Below, piece after piece: positions 17,704 to 25,496 of a stretch of DNA of 43,220 nucleotides. The position numbers and the translations under genes were made by a program. How positions within the stretch are numbered: position 1 is the stretch's first letter; each line of letters opens with the position of its first letter. The notes under the pieces were generated by a model. The model made no database searches and was not told the origin of the DNA. It worked only from the letters and a program-made list of their open reading frames with translations. Source of the stretch: an uncultured Candidatus Saccharibacteria bacterium (GTDB lineage Bacteria; Patescibacteriota; Minisyncoccia; Phycocordibacterales; CAYZPE01); contig CAZVFV010000001.1 in NCBI GenBank assembly GCA_964626625.1, forward strand, positions 1-43,220, given 5' to 3'.

Positions 17704-20700
17704 TTATTTAGCTTCTTCTACTTCTTCTTCGGTCGACCCTTCTTTTCGAGTTAAGTTAACATCGAGAGCAAGTCCTTTAAGATTGTTTAAGAGAACACTA
17801 AATGATGCTGGTGAATTAATCTCACTTATATCCTGACCTTTCACAATTGAATCAAAAGCTGCTGAACGTCCGATAATATCATCAGACTTTATCGTAAGTA
17901 CTTCACGTAAGTTATACGCAGCACCATGTCCAAGAAGAGCCCACACTTCCATTTCTCCGAATCGCTGACCTCCACCTTGAGCCTTTCCTCCAAGTGGTTG
18001 CTGTGTAATAAGAGAGTACGGACCGATTGATCGCATATGAAGCTTGTCCTCAACCATATGGTGAAGTTTAAGAATATACATGTATCCAATAGCAATCTTT
18101 TGATCAAAAGCTTCTCCTGTTCGTCCATCAAAAAGCACAGTTTTACCGTCTTCTGCAAAACCAGCTTTCTTTAATTCTTCCTTAATTTCACTGTCAGTTG
18201 CCCCAGCAAATGGTGGAACAATAGCTTGATAATTTAATGTATGAGCAGCAAGACCTAAGTGGAGTTCAAGAATTTGACCAAGGTTCATACGAGAAGGAAC
18301 ACCAAGTGGTGTAAGAATCACGTCAATCGGAGTTCCGTCTGGCATATATGGCATATCTTCTTGAGGTAGCACCTTAGAGATAACACCTTTATTTCCGTGT
18401 CGTCCCGCAAGCTTATCTCCAACCGAAAGAGCTCGAAGTTGAGCAATTTCAATATGAATACGCTTTATAATACCGCTTTCAAGCTTGTCTCCTTTCTCAC
18501 GAGAAAACACCTGAACCTTAACAATACGTCCTCGCTTTCCGTTCTCCATTCTCTTTGAAGTATCTTTTACATCACGAGCTTTTTCACCAAACAAAGACCG
18601 AAGAAGTCTCTCTTCTGGAGTAAGTTGTGTTTCACCTTTTGGAGTAATTTTTCCAACAAGAATATCTCCTGGTCGAACCTCTGCTCCTACACGAATAATT
18701 CCATCTTCATCAAGATTTTTAAGTTTAACTTCACCAACGTTTGGAATATCACATGTTGTTACTTCGGGACCAAGTTTTGTATCACGAACATTAACTACAA
18801 ATTCCTCGATGTGAATTGAAGTAAATTTACTATTTTTAACGAGTCGCTCTGAAACGATAATCGCATCTTCGTAGTTTGCTCCTGACCATGACATAAATGC
18901 AACAAGAACGTTTTGACCAAGTGCCATTTCTCCCTTATCACTTGATGATGTGTCAGCAAGCAAACTTCCCTTTTTAACTTTCTCTCCAACGCTTACTACT
19001 GGACGTTGATGAAATGCAGTAAAACCGTTTGTTCGTGAGAACGTTACCAAACTATATGTATGATATTTTCCTTTAGCATTTTTAACAACAATTTTCTTTC
19101 CATCAACATGAGTTACAGTTCCTTCTTCAAGACAAACCACAATGCGTCCAGTATCAACTACAGCGTGCTCAACACCAGTTGCAACGAGTGGAGCTTCTGG
19201 AATAATGCACGGTGTTGCTTGTTTTTGCATGTTTGAACCCATGAGCGCTCGGTTAGCATCGTCATGGTTAAGAAATGGAATCATAGAAGTTGCTACAGAA
19301 AATGCCTGGTTTGAAGCAACATCAATATAATTAATTTCTTCTCGAGCAACGATAGTTGGCTCACCGTTTACACGCACCTCAACTCTTTCTTCAAGAATTT
19401 TACCTTCCTTATCATAGACAGTCGCTGCATGAGCAATTTTAAAGTTTTCTTCTTCAAGAGCATTAAGATAGTCAATCTCACCTGAAAGCTTACCGTTTTT
19501 CACCTTTGCATACGGAGTCTCGATCATTCCAAATGTATTTACTCGTGCGTATACAGAAAGATGCAAAATAAGTCCAATGTTTGCACCTTCAGGAGTATGA
19601 ATAGGACAAAGTCTTCCATAGTGAGATGGATGTACGTCACGCACTTCAAAACCAGCTCGGTTTCGATTGAGTCCTCCAGGACCAAGAGCAGACACTGTTC
19701 GCAAATGTTCAAGTTCTGCCAAAGCATTTTCTTGAGCCATAAACTGTGAAAGCTGGTTTGTTGCGAAAAATTCTTTAATTCGAGCTTGAAGTGGTTTTGG
19801 ACTTATAAGCTGAACAGGGAGAGCAACACTTGTCTCAATAGTAGACATTCTGTTTTGAATGTTTCTCTTGATTTGAGACATACCAACACGAATTTTTTGT
19901 TGAAGAAGTTCCCCAACGAAACGAACTCGTCGCGATCCAAGGTGATCAATATCATCTGGAATAGAATCTGGAGTGTTATTAAGGTGTGCTATATGCTTCA
20001 AAATAGTAACAAGATCGTCAAGAGAAAGTGTTTTTCGTTCACTTTCTTTCTTATCAAGACTCTTACTAAATCGCTTATTAAAACGAAAACGACCAACCTT
20101 TGAAAGGTCATATCGCTCTTTATCAAATAAAACTGTAACGAAATCACGAGCATTTTGAGCTGTTGCTAAGTCACCATCTCGAAGTTTCTTGTGAATATCA
20201 ATATATGATTCATCAGCTGTCTTAGCTGTATCTTTAGCAAGAGTTTTTTCTATAGCTACTCGAGTATGTTCATCACCATCAAAAAGAGCTAGAATTTGCT
20301 CTGGTGTTACCGCTCCGAAAACTCGAAGAAGTGAAGTTACTGCAAATTTTCGCTTTTTATCAATTCGAACATAGAATACCCCTTCAACATCTGTTTCTAT
20401 TTCAATCCAAACTCCACGAGCTGGGATAATTTTTGCACCAAAATGTTTTCTATTTCGTACTTCTTGTGCAGTAAAGAAAGCACCAAATGAACGAGCGAGC
20501 TGTGGAACAATAACGCGCTCAATACCACCAATAATGAATGTTCCGTGGTTTGTCATGAGTGGAAAATCAGCGATGAATATTTCCTGCTCTTTCTCTGAAT
20601 TAAGTGTGTGGTTTTGTAAACGTACTCTTACTTTAAGGGGAGCTTCGTAAGACATCTTGTTTTCCTTGGCATAGTATTCATCATACTTAGGGAGACCAAG

Positions 20701-20922
20701 TTCAAAACCGGTAAAATCAAGAGTGAATTTTTTACCTGAATAATCTTTTATTAAAGAAAACTCTTGAAACACTTCTTTGAGACCTTCTTTCATGATCCAT
20801 TCATATGAATCAGTCTGCATCTCAACCAAGTTAGGCATATCAACAAGAGACTCTTTGAAGCGACCGAAAAACTTCTTTTCTAATTTACCTGAAACAACTC
20901 TTCTTTTTGTTGGTACTCCCAT
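17704..20922 (-). CDS. rpoB: DNA-directed RNA polymerase subunit beta
   Basis: 1072 aa with GDKLAGRHGNKGVISK, conserved rifampicin-region blocks and RFGEMEVWAL. Confidence 0.97.
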   Translation of the reverse strand: MGVPTKRRVVSGKLEKKFFGRFKESLVDMPNLVEMQTDSYEWIMKEGLKEVFQEFSLIKDYSGKKFTLDFTGFELGLPKYDEYYAKENKMSYEAPLKVRVRLQNHTLNSEKEQEIFIADFPLMTNHGTFIIGGIERVIVPQLARSFGAFFTAQEVRNRKHFGAKIIPARGVWIEIETDVEGVFYVRIDKKRKFAVTSLLRVFGAVTPEQILALFDGDEHTRVAIEKTLAKDTAKTADESYIDIHKKLRDGDLATAQNARDFVTVLFDKERYDLSKVGRFRFNKRFSKSLDKKESERKTLSLDDLVTILKHIAHLNNTPDSIPDDIDHLGSRRVRFVGELLQQKIRVGMSQIKRNIQNRMSTIETSVALPVQLISPKPLQARIKEFFATNQLSQFMAQENALAELEHLRTVSALGPGGLNRNRAGFEVRDVHPSHYGRLCPIHTPEGANIGLILHLSVYARVNTFGMIETPYAKVKNGKLSGEIDYLNALEEENFKIAHAATVYDKEGKILEERVEVRVNGEPTIVAREEINYIDVASNQAFSVATSMIPFLNHDDANRALMGSNMQKQATPCIIPEAPLVATGVEHAVVDTGRIVVCLEEGTVTHVDGKKIVVKNAKGKYHTYSLVTFSRTNGFTAFHQRPVVSVGEKVKKGSLLADTSSSDKGEMALGQNVLVAFMSWSGANYEDAIIVSERLVKNSKFTSIHIEEFVVNVRDTKLGPEVTTCDIPNVGEVKLKNLDEDGIIRVGAEVRPGDILVGKITPKGETQLTPEERLLRSLFGEKARDVKDTSKRMENGKRGRIVKVQVFSREKGDKLESGIIKRIHIEIAQLRALSVGDKLAGRHGNKGVISKVLPQEDMPYMPDGTPIDVILTPLGVPSRMNLGQILELHLGLAAHTLNYQAIVPPFAGATDSEIKEELKKAGFAEDGKTVLFDGRTGEAFDQKIAIGYMYILKLHHMVEDKLHMRSIGPYSLITQQPLGGKAQGGGQRFGEMEVWALLGHGAAYNLREVLTIKSDDIIGRSAAFDSIVKGQDISEINSPASFSVLLNNLKGLALDVNLTRKEGSTEEEVEEAK

Positions 20923-20967
20923 AATATAAAAATAGTTAGCAAGATTTATAATAAAGTATTAGAAACG

Positions 20968-21098
20968 TTACCCTCCTCGGTTCAGAAATGAAAAAGTTTT
21001 TCCATTTCCTCACCCTACGTCGGCAGTAATAAAGTTTTACCTCGTCCTATCCTCACTACAATAGACGAGGTGTCAGGCGAAACAACAGGGAAAACTTT
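20968..21098. ncRNA. Candidate structured RNA motif, copy 2, inside the rpoB upstream region
   Basis: ttaccctcct and a variable hairpin precede a 68-nt core (21031-21098) with the same nested stems as copy 1. If transcribed with rpoB it lies in the 5' leader. Confidence 0.45.
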
Positions 21099-21332
21099 GT
21101 TGGATATGTATCGGCTCCGCCGACTCTTTTTGTATGTGCTGATCGAACTCCGAAGCAGAGCTTCGGAGTATACTCCGCAATCGCAACAAACAAAAAATGT
21201 GCCTTATCTCCATAAGACATACAACAAAATTTTTTTCTTTATTTATACCGAGTTAGCAAGTGAAACGTAGCTACAAACACTAAAAATACCCTTTCTGGGC
21301 TACCTTAACTCAATCTTGCAATAGCGAAGATA

Positions 21333-21360
21333 AGTATACCTATAACTAAAAAGCTGTCAA
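21333..21360 (-). promoter_or_regulatory. Candidate rpoB operon promoter
   Basis: On the minus strand, TTGACA (21360-21355), a 16-nt spacer, then TATACT (21338-21333). This implies a roughly 400-nt leader before the rpoB ATG at 20922. Confidence 0.5.
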
Positions 21361-21389
21361 CCAAATAAAATAAGATATGTGGATAAGTA

Positions 21390-22076
21390 TTATTTCCCTT
21401 CTTTTCGCCATTCTTCTATTTTTTTGTGATCTCCCGACAAAAGCACTTTTGGTACTTTATATTTCTTGCCTTTATATTCTAAAATTTCTGGACGAGTGTA
21501 TACACGAGGAGATGCAATTCGAAGTTCTTCTAGTGAATTAATATCTCCTAATACACCCGAAACCTGCCGTGACATAACATCCATAATAAGCATGGCGGGG
21601 AGCTCTCCTCCTGTAAGCACAAAGGGTCCAACGGAAATATCTTCAGTTTTAAAAACTTTTTTTACGCGATCATCAATACCTTCATATCGTCCACACACAA
21701 TAATAATATCTGTATATTTTTTTACAGCTTTTTTAGCATAGTTATTTGAAAATTCCTTACCTGATGGAGAAAGCCAGATAATCTTAATAGTAGTCTTTTT
21801 AGTTTTTTCTTTGATATTGGAAATTGGTAATTGGAAATTACGAGCAGTATCAACAGCTTTCTCAATAGCTCTAATCGTCGGCTCTGCCCGTATCACCATT
21901 CCTGGACCACCCCCATACGGTTTATCATCTAGACGTTTCTTAGAATCAGCCTCATACTCTTTTGGGTCATAGAAAAAAACTCGAATCTTTTCATCTTCAA
22001 TCGCTCTCTTTAATATTGACTCTCCAAGATACGAAGTGAATGCATCTGGGAAAAGTGTGATTATATGAAAATTCAT
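21390..22076 (-). CDS. trmD: tRNA (guanine37-N1)-methyltransferase
   Basis: The start is moved to M18 of the track ORF (MNFHIITLFPDAF, the canonical TrmD N-terminus). The 17 upstream codons read through the inverted-repeat element. Confidence 0.9.
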   Translation of the reverse strand: MNFHIITLFPDAFTSYLGESILKRAIEDEKIRVFFYDPKEYEADSKKRLDDKPYGGGPGMVIRAEPTIRAIEKAVDTARNFQLPISNIKEKTKKTTIKIIWLSPSGKEFSNNYAKKAVKKYTDIIIVCGRYEGIDDRVKKVFKTEDISVGPFVLTGGELPAMLIMDVMSRQVSGVLGDINSLEELRIASPRVYTRPEILEYKGKKYKVPKVLLSGDHKKIEEWRKEGK

Positions 22077-22200
22077 CCCGTTAGAGATAGGTCGAGGTCT
22101 TTTATTTTGGAGCTTTCTGTTTAACATGTTTCTAATTATAATTTTACACCATTAAAATCATTGCTTCTACTACAGGTGCGACTGCGATCTCTAACGGGAT
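22075..22200 (-). mobile_element. Miniature ORF-less copy of the inverted-repeat element (MITE-like)
   Basis: The perfect 14-bp arms atcccgttagagat (22075-22088) and atctctaacgggat (22187-22200) are 98 nt apart. They are identical to the arms around the GIY-YIG ORF, and ATGA flanks both ends. Confidence 0.5.
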
Positions 22201-22209
22201 TCATTGTAT

Positions 22210-22244
22210 AGCTTTGAGCTATTAGCTTATAGCTTATAGGAAAA
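22210..22244 (+). repeat. Phased heptamer array: agctttg agctatt agcttat agcttat aggaaaa
   Basis: Five in-phase 7-nt units lie between the KH-gene terminator and the inverted-repeat element. Confidence 0.55.
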
Positions 22245-22256
22245 AAAATCAAAAAA

Positions 22257-22282
22257 TAAAACCACCCTTTAAGGTGGTTTTA
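22257..22282 (-). terminator. Intrinsic terminator after the KH-domain gene
   Basis: aaaaccacc-ctttaa-ggtggtttt, followed on the minus strand by a long U-tract. Confidence 0.75.
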
Positions 22283-22295
22283 TTTTTTGGTTTTT

Positions 22296-22610
22296 TTAGA
22301 TCTTTAAGTCTGCCATCGCTTCATCAACAGTTTTCGTTGCTGACTCAGGTCGCTTTCCTCCTTCTGGTTCATTGATCTTGAGATTAACGCGAGCGTTATT
22401 CTTCATACCAACCACTCGAAGAAGAGTTCTGATAGCTTTTGCGGTGTTACCTGATCGGCCAATAATTTTACCCATATCAGCTGGGTTAACATCAAGACTC
22501 ATTAAAACGCCCATCTCATCAACTGTTCGATTGACCTTTACGTCATCTGGATTATCAACGAGAGATCGTACTACAAAGTCCAAAAACTGCTTATCTTGTT
22601 CAGTAGACAT
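22296..22610 (-). CDS. KH-domain RNA-binding protein (YlqC/UPF0109 type)
   Basis: 104 aa with the GxxG KH motif in GKIIGRSGNTAKAIRTLL, in the conserved position between rpsP and trmD. Confidence 0.85.
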   Translation of the reverse strand: MSTEQDKQFLDFVVRSLVDNPDDVKVNRTVDEMGVLMSLDVNPADMGKIIGRSGNTAKAIRTLLRVVGMKNNARVNLKINEPEGGKRPESATKTVDEAMADLKI

Positions 22611-22714
22611 TGATTTTTTCTATGTGTATAGCTAATTTTCTGCAGTAGTTCGACCCGTGGCGGTTATCCGCGAACTACGGTTACTGCTCAATAAAGTGTA
22701 ACAAAAATCTAAGT

Positions 22715-23137
22715 TTAAGCAACCGGAGTTTCAGCTTTTTTTTCTTCTACCTTAAGTACTTCTTCAGCTTTTACCTCTTCCTTAACAGGAGTCTCTGTTT
22801 TTACTTCTTCTTTTGGAGCTTGAGATTGTTCAGATTTTTCGGGAGCTACTTCTTCCTTCTTTGGTACAGTTTTCTTTGGAAGAACGTTTATTTTCTTACC
22901 TGTAATAATCTTCTTTTCAATAAAAAGGTTATGGAGAGTTCCTGATGGTTGAGCACCGACTGAAATCCAATATTTAACTCGATCAGCCTTTATTTCCTCA
23001 GTTGTTTTACGAGGATCATAGTTTCCAAGCACCTCTAAGTACTTACCACTTTTAGTTGCATTTTGAGAATCAGTTAAAACAATACGAAATGTTGTTTCGT
23101 GTTTTCTTCCTGTTCGCTGTAATCTTATTTTTAACAT
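22715..23137 (-). CDS. rpsP: 30S ribosomal protein S16 with a Lys/Glu-rich C-terminal extension
   Basis: 140 aa. MLKIRLQRTGRKHETTFRIVLTDS...LGNYDP is the canonical bS16 core. The tail has repeated EEVK/KEEV units. Confidence 0.93.
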   Translation of the reverse strand: MLKIRLQRTGRKHETTFRIVLTDSQNATKSGKYLEVLGNYDPRKTTEEIKADRVKYWISVGAQPSGTLHNLFIEKKIITGKKINVLPKKTVPKKEEVAPEKSEQSQAPKEEVKTETPVKEEVKAEEVLKVEEKKAETPVA

Positions 23138-23417
23138 GTGTCCCGTTGCATAATCAGCCTTTCAGCTGAAATGTTTAATTTAAAAAATAAATACCCTCGA
23201 AGACTAATTTTATCCCACTAAAAAAGCGGATTAAAATTATGCTTCGGGATGGGCAACATAGTAACAAAACTTCTAAAAAAAGTAAAATCTGTGTACTGAT
23301 AATACAGAACTGTCTCCACCAACCAAAAGACTTTTATATCCTCAAAAAGTACAACAAATACTTACAACACAACTATTAAATCGTTGCAATATAGCCATAT
23401 TCTGTTATAGTTTCTAC

Positions 23418-25406
23418 ATGCAAAATACTTCTGACACAAACAAACAAGGTAACAATTCAAATACAGAACAAAAAACAGAAAACCATTCTGGAATCATTTC
23501 AATCTCCTCTCGAGGTATTGGTTATATTGAAATAGATGAACAAGAAGATGATATTGAAATTCAAAATGAAAACCTTAAGACTGCTCTCAATCGTGACGAA
23601 GTAAGTATTGTATTACTTTCTCAAAAAATACAAGGGAGAACCCAGGGAAAAGTTGTTTCTATTATTCACCGAGCAAAAATGGAATTTGTTGGCACAGTAA
23701 CTAAAAAAAATAATAAAACTCTTGTTGTTTCTGATGATAAAAGAATGTATGCCGAAATCGAACTCTCACAAGATGAATCAAAAAACCTACAGGAAAGAGA
23801 TAAGGTATTAGTTAAAATAGTTGAATGGAAAGACCAAACTTCTTCTCCACAAGGAAAACTTATAAAAAATATTGGTGTTAAAGGTGAGCATAATGCAGAA
23901 ATTGAATCAATTGTTCTTGATAAAGGATTCGATATTGAATTTCCTTCCGAAGTCGAAGCCGAGGCTGACAAACTAAAAGAAGAGAGTGAACATCCTGAAT
24001 ACTGGAACACTGAAGCAAAGAAGCGCAAAGACATGAGAGGAACACTTACCTTCACTATCGACCCAGCTGATGCGAAGGATTTTGACGACGCTATTTCAAT
24101 CAAGAAAACAGCTACTGATACATTTGAAATCGGCGTACATATTGCTGATGTGTCTCATTATGTAACTGAAGGATCAGAACTCAATAAAGAGGCTCGCAAA
24201 CGCGGAACTTCTGTATATCTTGTTGATCGAACAATTCCAATGCTTCCAGAAATACTTTCAAACAACTTATGTAGTTTAAATCCAAATGTCGACAGACTCA
24301 CCTTCTCAAGTATTTTTGTTATTGAGTACAAGGATGGCAAGGTTACTATCAAAGATCGTTGGTTTGGAAAAACTGTCATCAATTCCGATACACGTTTTTC
24401 ATATGAAGATGCTCAGAAGGTACTCAATGAAAAACAAGGTCTTCATAGAGAGGAGCTACAAACTCTCTGGGGTATTGCTCAAATTTTACGTGCAGAAAAA
24501 TTCAAACTCGGTGCGATAGACTTTGAAGCAGATGAAGTTAAATTTGTACTTGATGAAAAAGGTCATCCGATTCGAGTCTATAAAAAAGAACGCCTTGATA
24601 CTCACAAGCTTGTTGAAGAATTCATGCTTCTTGCTAACCGTGAAGTTGCGGAGTTTTTCTTCAAAGAACAAGTGAAACACAAACTCCCTCTTTCATTTCT
24701 CTATCGTATTCACGACAAACCAGATCCAGAAAAACTAACCAATCTTTCAATCTTTTTAAAAGCGCTTGGGTATGAACTCAAAGTTACAGATAAAATTACT
24801 TCTAAAGATATTTCTGCTGTTCTAAAGAAAATTGAAGGTAAAGCAGAAGAATCCCTTATTAAAACAGCGACCATTCGTTCAATGTCTAAAGCTGTTTATT
24901 CAACTGGAAATATTGGACACTTTGGTCTTGCATTTCAATACTACACACACTTCACCTCTCCAATCCGTCGCTACCCTGACCTTATTGTTCACCGAGTACT
25001 ATTCCAATACCTTACCAACGGCACCGTAGGAAAATCAGAACTTGCTCAATATAAAAAAATCGGTGAAGAAGCATCTAACAATGAAGTTCGAGCGGCTGAA
25101 GCTGAACGAGCAAGTATTAAATTGAAACAAGTTGAATACATGAAAGACAAAGTTGGTGAAATATTTGATGGAATTATTTCTGGCGTTACTGAATGGGGTA
25201 TATATGTCGAGGAAACAAATACTCGATGCGAAGGCATGATAAAACTCCGAGACCTCGGTGGAGACTTCTACACACTCGATCAAAAAAACTACGCTATAAT
25301 CGGTCAAAAAACTAAGAAGAAATATTCTCTTGGAGACAAGGTTAAGTTTAAGGTTGTAAGTGGAGACTTAGAAAGACGAACGCTTGATTATGTTTTAGCA
25401 AACTAA
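23418..25406 (+). CDS. rnr: Ribonuclease R (RNase II/VacB family 3'-5' exoribonuclease)
   Basis: 662 aa with RNB catalytic motifs ([37 protein letters not shown]) and a C-terminal S1 domain. Confidence 0.92.
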   Translation: MQNTSDTNKQGNNSNTEQKTENHSGIISISSRGIGYIEIDEQEDDIEIQNENLKTALNRDEVSIVLLSQKIQGRTQGKVVSIIHRAKMEFVGTVTKKNNKTLVVSDDKRMYAEIELSQDESKNLQERDKVLVKIVEWKDQTSSPQGKLIKNIGVKGEHNAEIESIVLDKGFDIEFPSEVEAEADKLKEESEHPEYWNTEAKKRKDMRGTLTFTIDPADAKDFDDAISIKKTATDTFEIGVHIADVSHYVTEGSELNKEARKRGTSVYLVDRTIPMLPEILSNNLCSLNPNVDRLTFSSIFVIEYKDGKVTIKDRWFGKTVINSDTRFSYEDAQKVLNEKQGLHREELQTLWGIAQILRAEKFKLGAIDFEADEVKFVLDEKGHPIRVYKKERLDTHKLVEEFMLLANREVAEFFFKEQVKHKLPLSFLYRIHDKPDPEKLTNLSIFLKALGYELKVTDKITSKDISAVLKKIEGKAEESLIKTATIRSMSKAVYSTGNIGHFGLAFQYYTHFTSPIRRYPDLIVHRVLFQYLTNGTVGKSELAQYKKIGEEASNNEVRAAEAERASIKLKQVEYMKDKVGEIFDGIISGVTEWGIYVEETNTRCEGMIKLRDLGGDFYTLDQKNYAIIGQKTKKKYSLGDKVKFKVVSGDLERRTLDYVLAN

Positions 25407-25450
25407 AATATAATTAAGAATTTCAAATATCTAATGACAAATTTCAAATT

Positions 25451-25496
25451 GCTGTCGCTACATAATCTTGCTTTAAGCAGATTATTTAGCGACAGC
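25451..25496. terminator. Long imperfect hairpin between convergent rnr and smc
   Basis: The outer stem gctgtcgcta/tagcgacagc and inner stem ataatcttgc/gcagattat overlap the last five smc codons. There is no strong U-tract. Confidence 0.4.

Noticed and set aside
21064-21090. The string gacgaggtgtcaggcgaaac in motif copy 2 resembles parts of the guanidine-III (ykkC-III) riboswitch (ACGAGGUG...GUCAGGAC).
   Set aside because: Here gacgaggt is the 3' arm of a simple hairpin rather than part of the H-type pseudoknot. The similarity is not maintained in copy 1 (gacgaggtattaggcgagg), and no guanidine transporter or carboxylase gene is adjacent.
21378-21386. A perfect DnaA box (TGTGGATAA, the complement of TTATCCACA) lies in the largest intergenic region, so oriC was considered.
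   Set aside because: There is only one perfect box plus at most one or two weak ones, no dnaA or dnaN nearby, and no AT-rich 13-mer array. A single 9-mer is plausible by chance. A genome-wide GC-skew and DnaA-box cluster analysis would be needed.
22642-22687. tRNA-like fragments were considered here (TTCGA-containing strings), at 28075-28090 (gggattcgaaatac) and elsewhere.
   Set aside because: None has complementary T-stem arms, an acceptor stem or an anticodon arm. No tRNA gene can be folded anywhere in the window.
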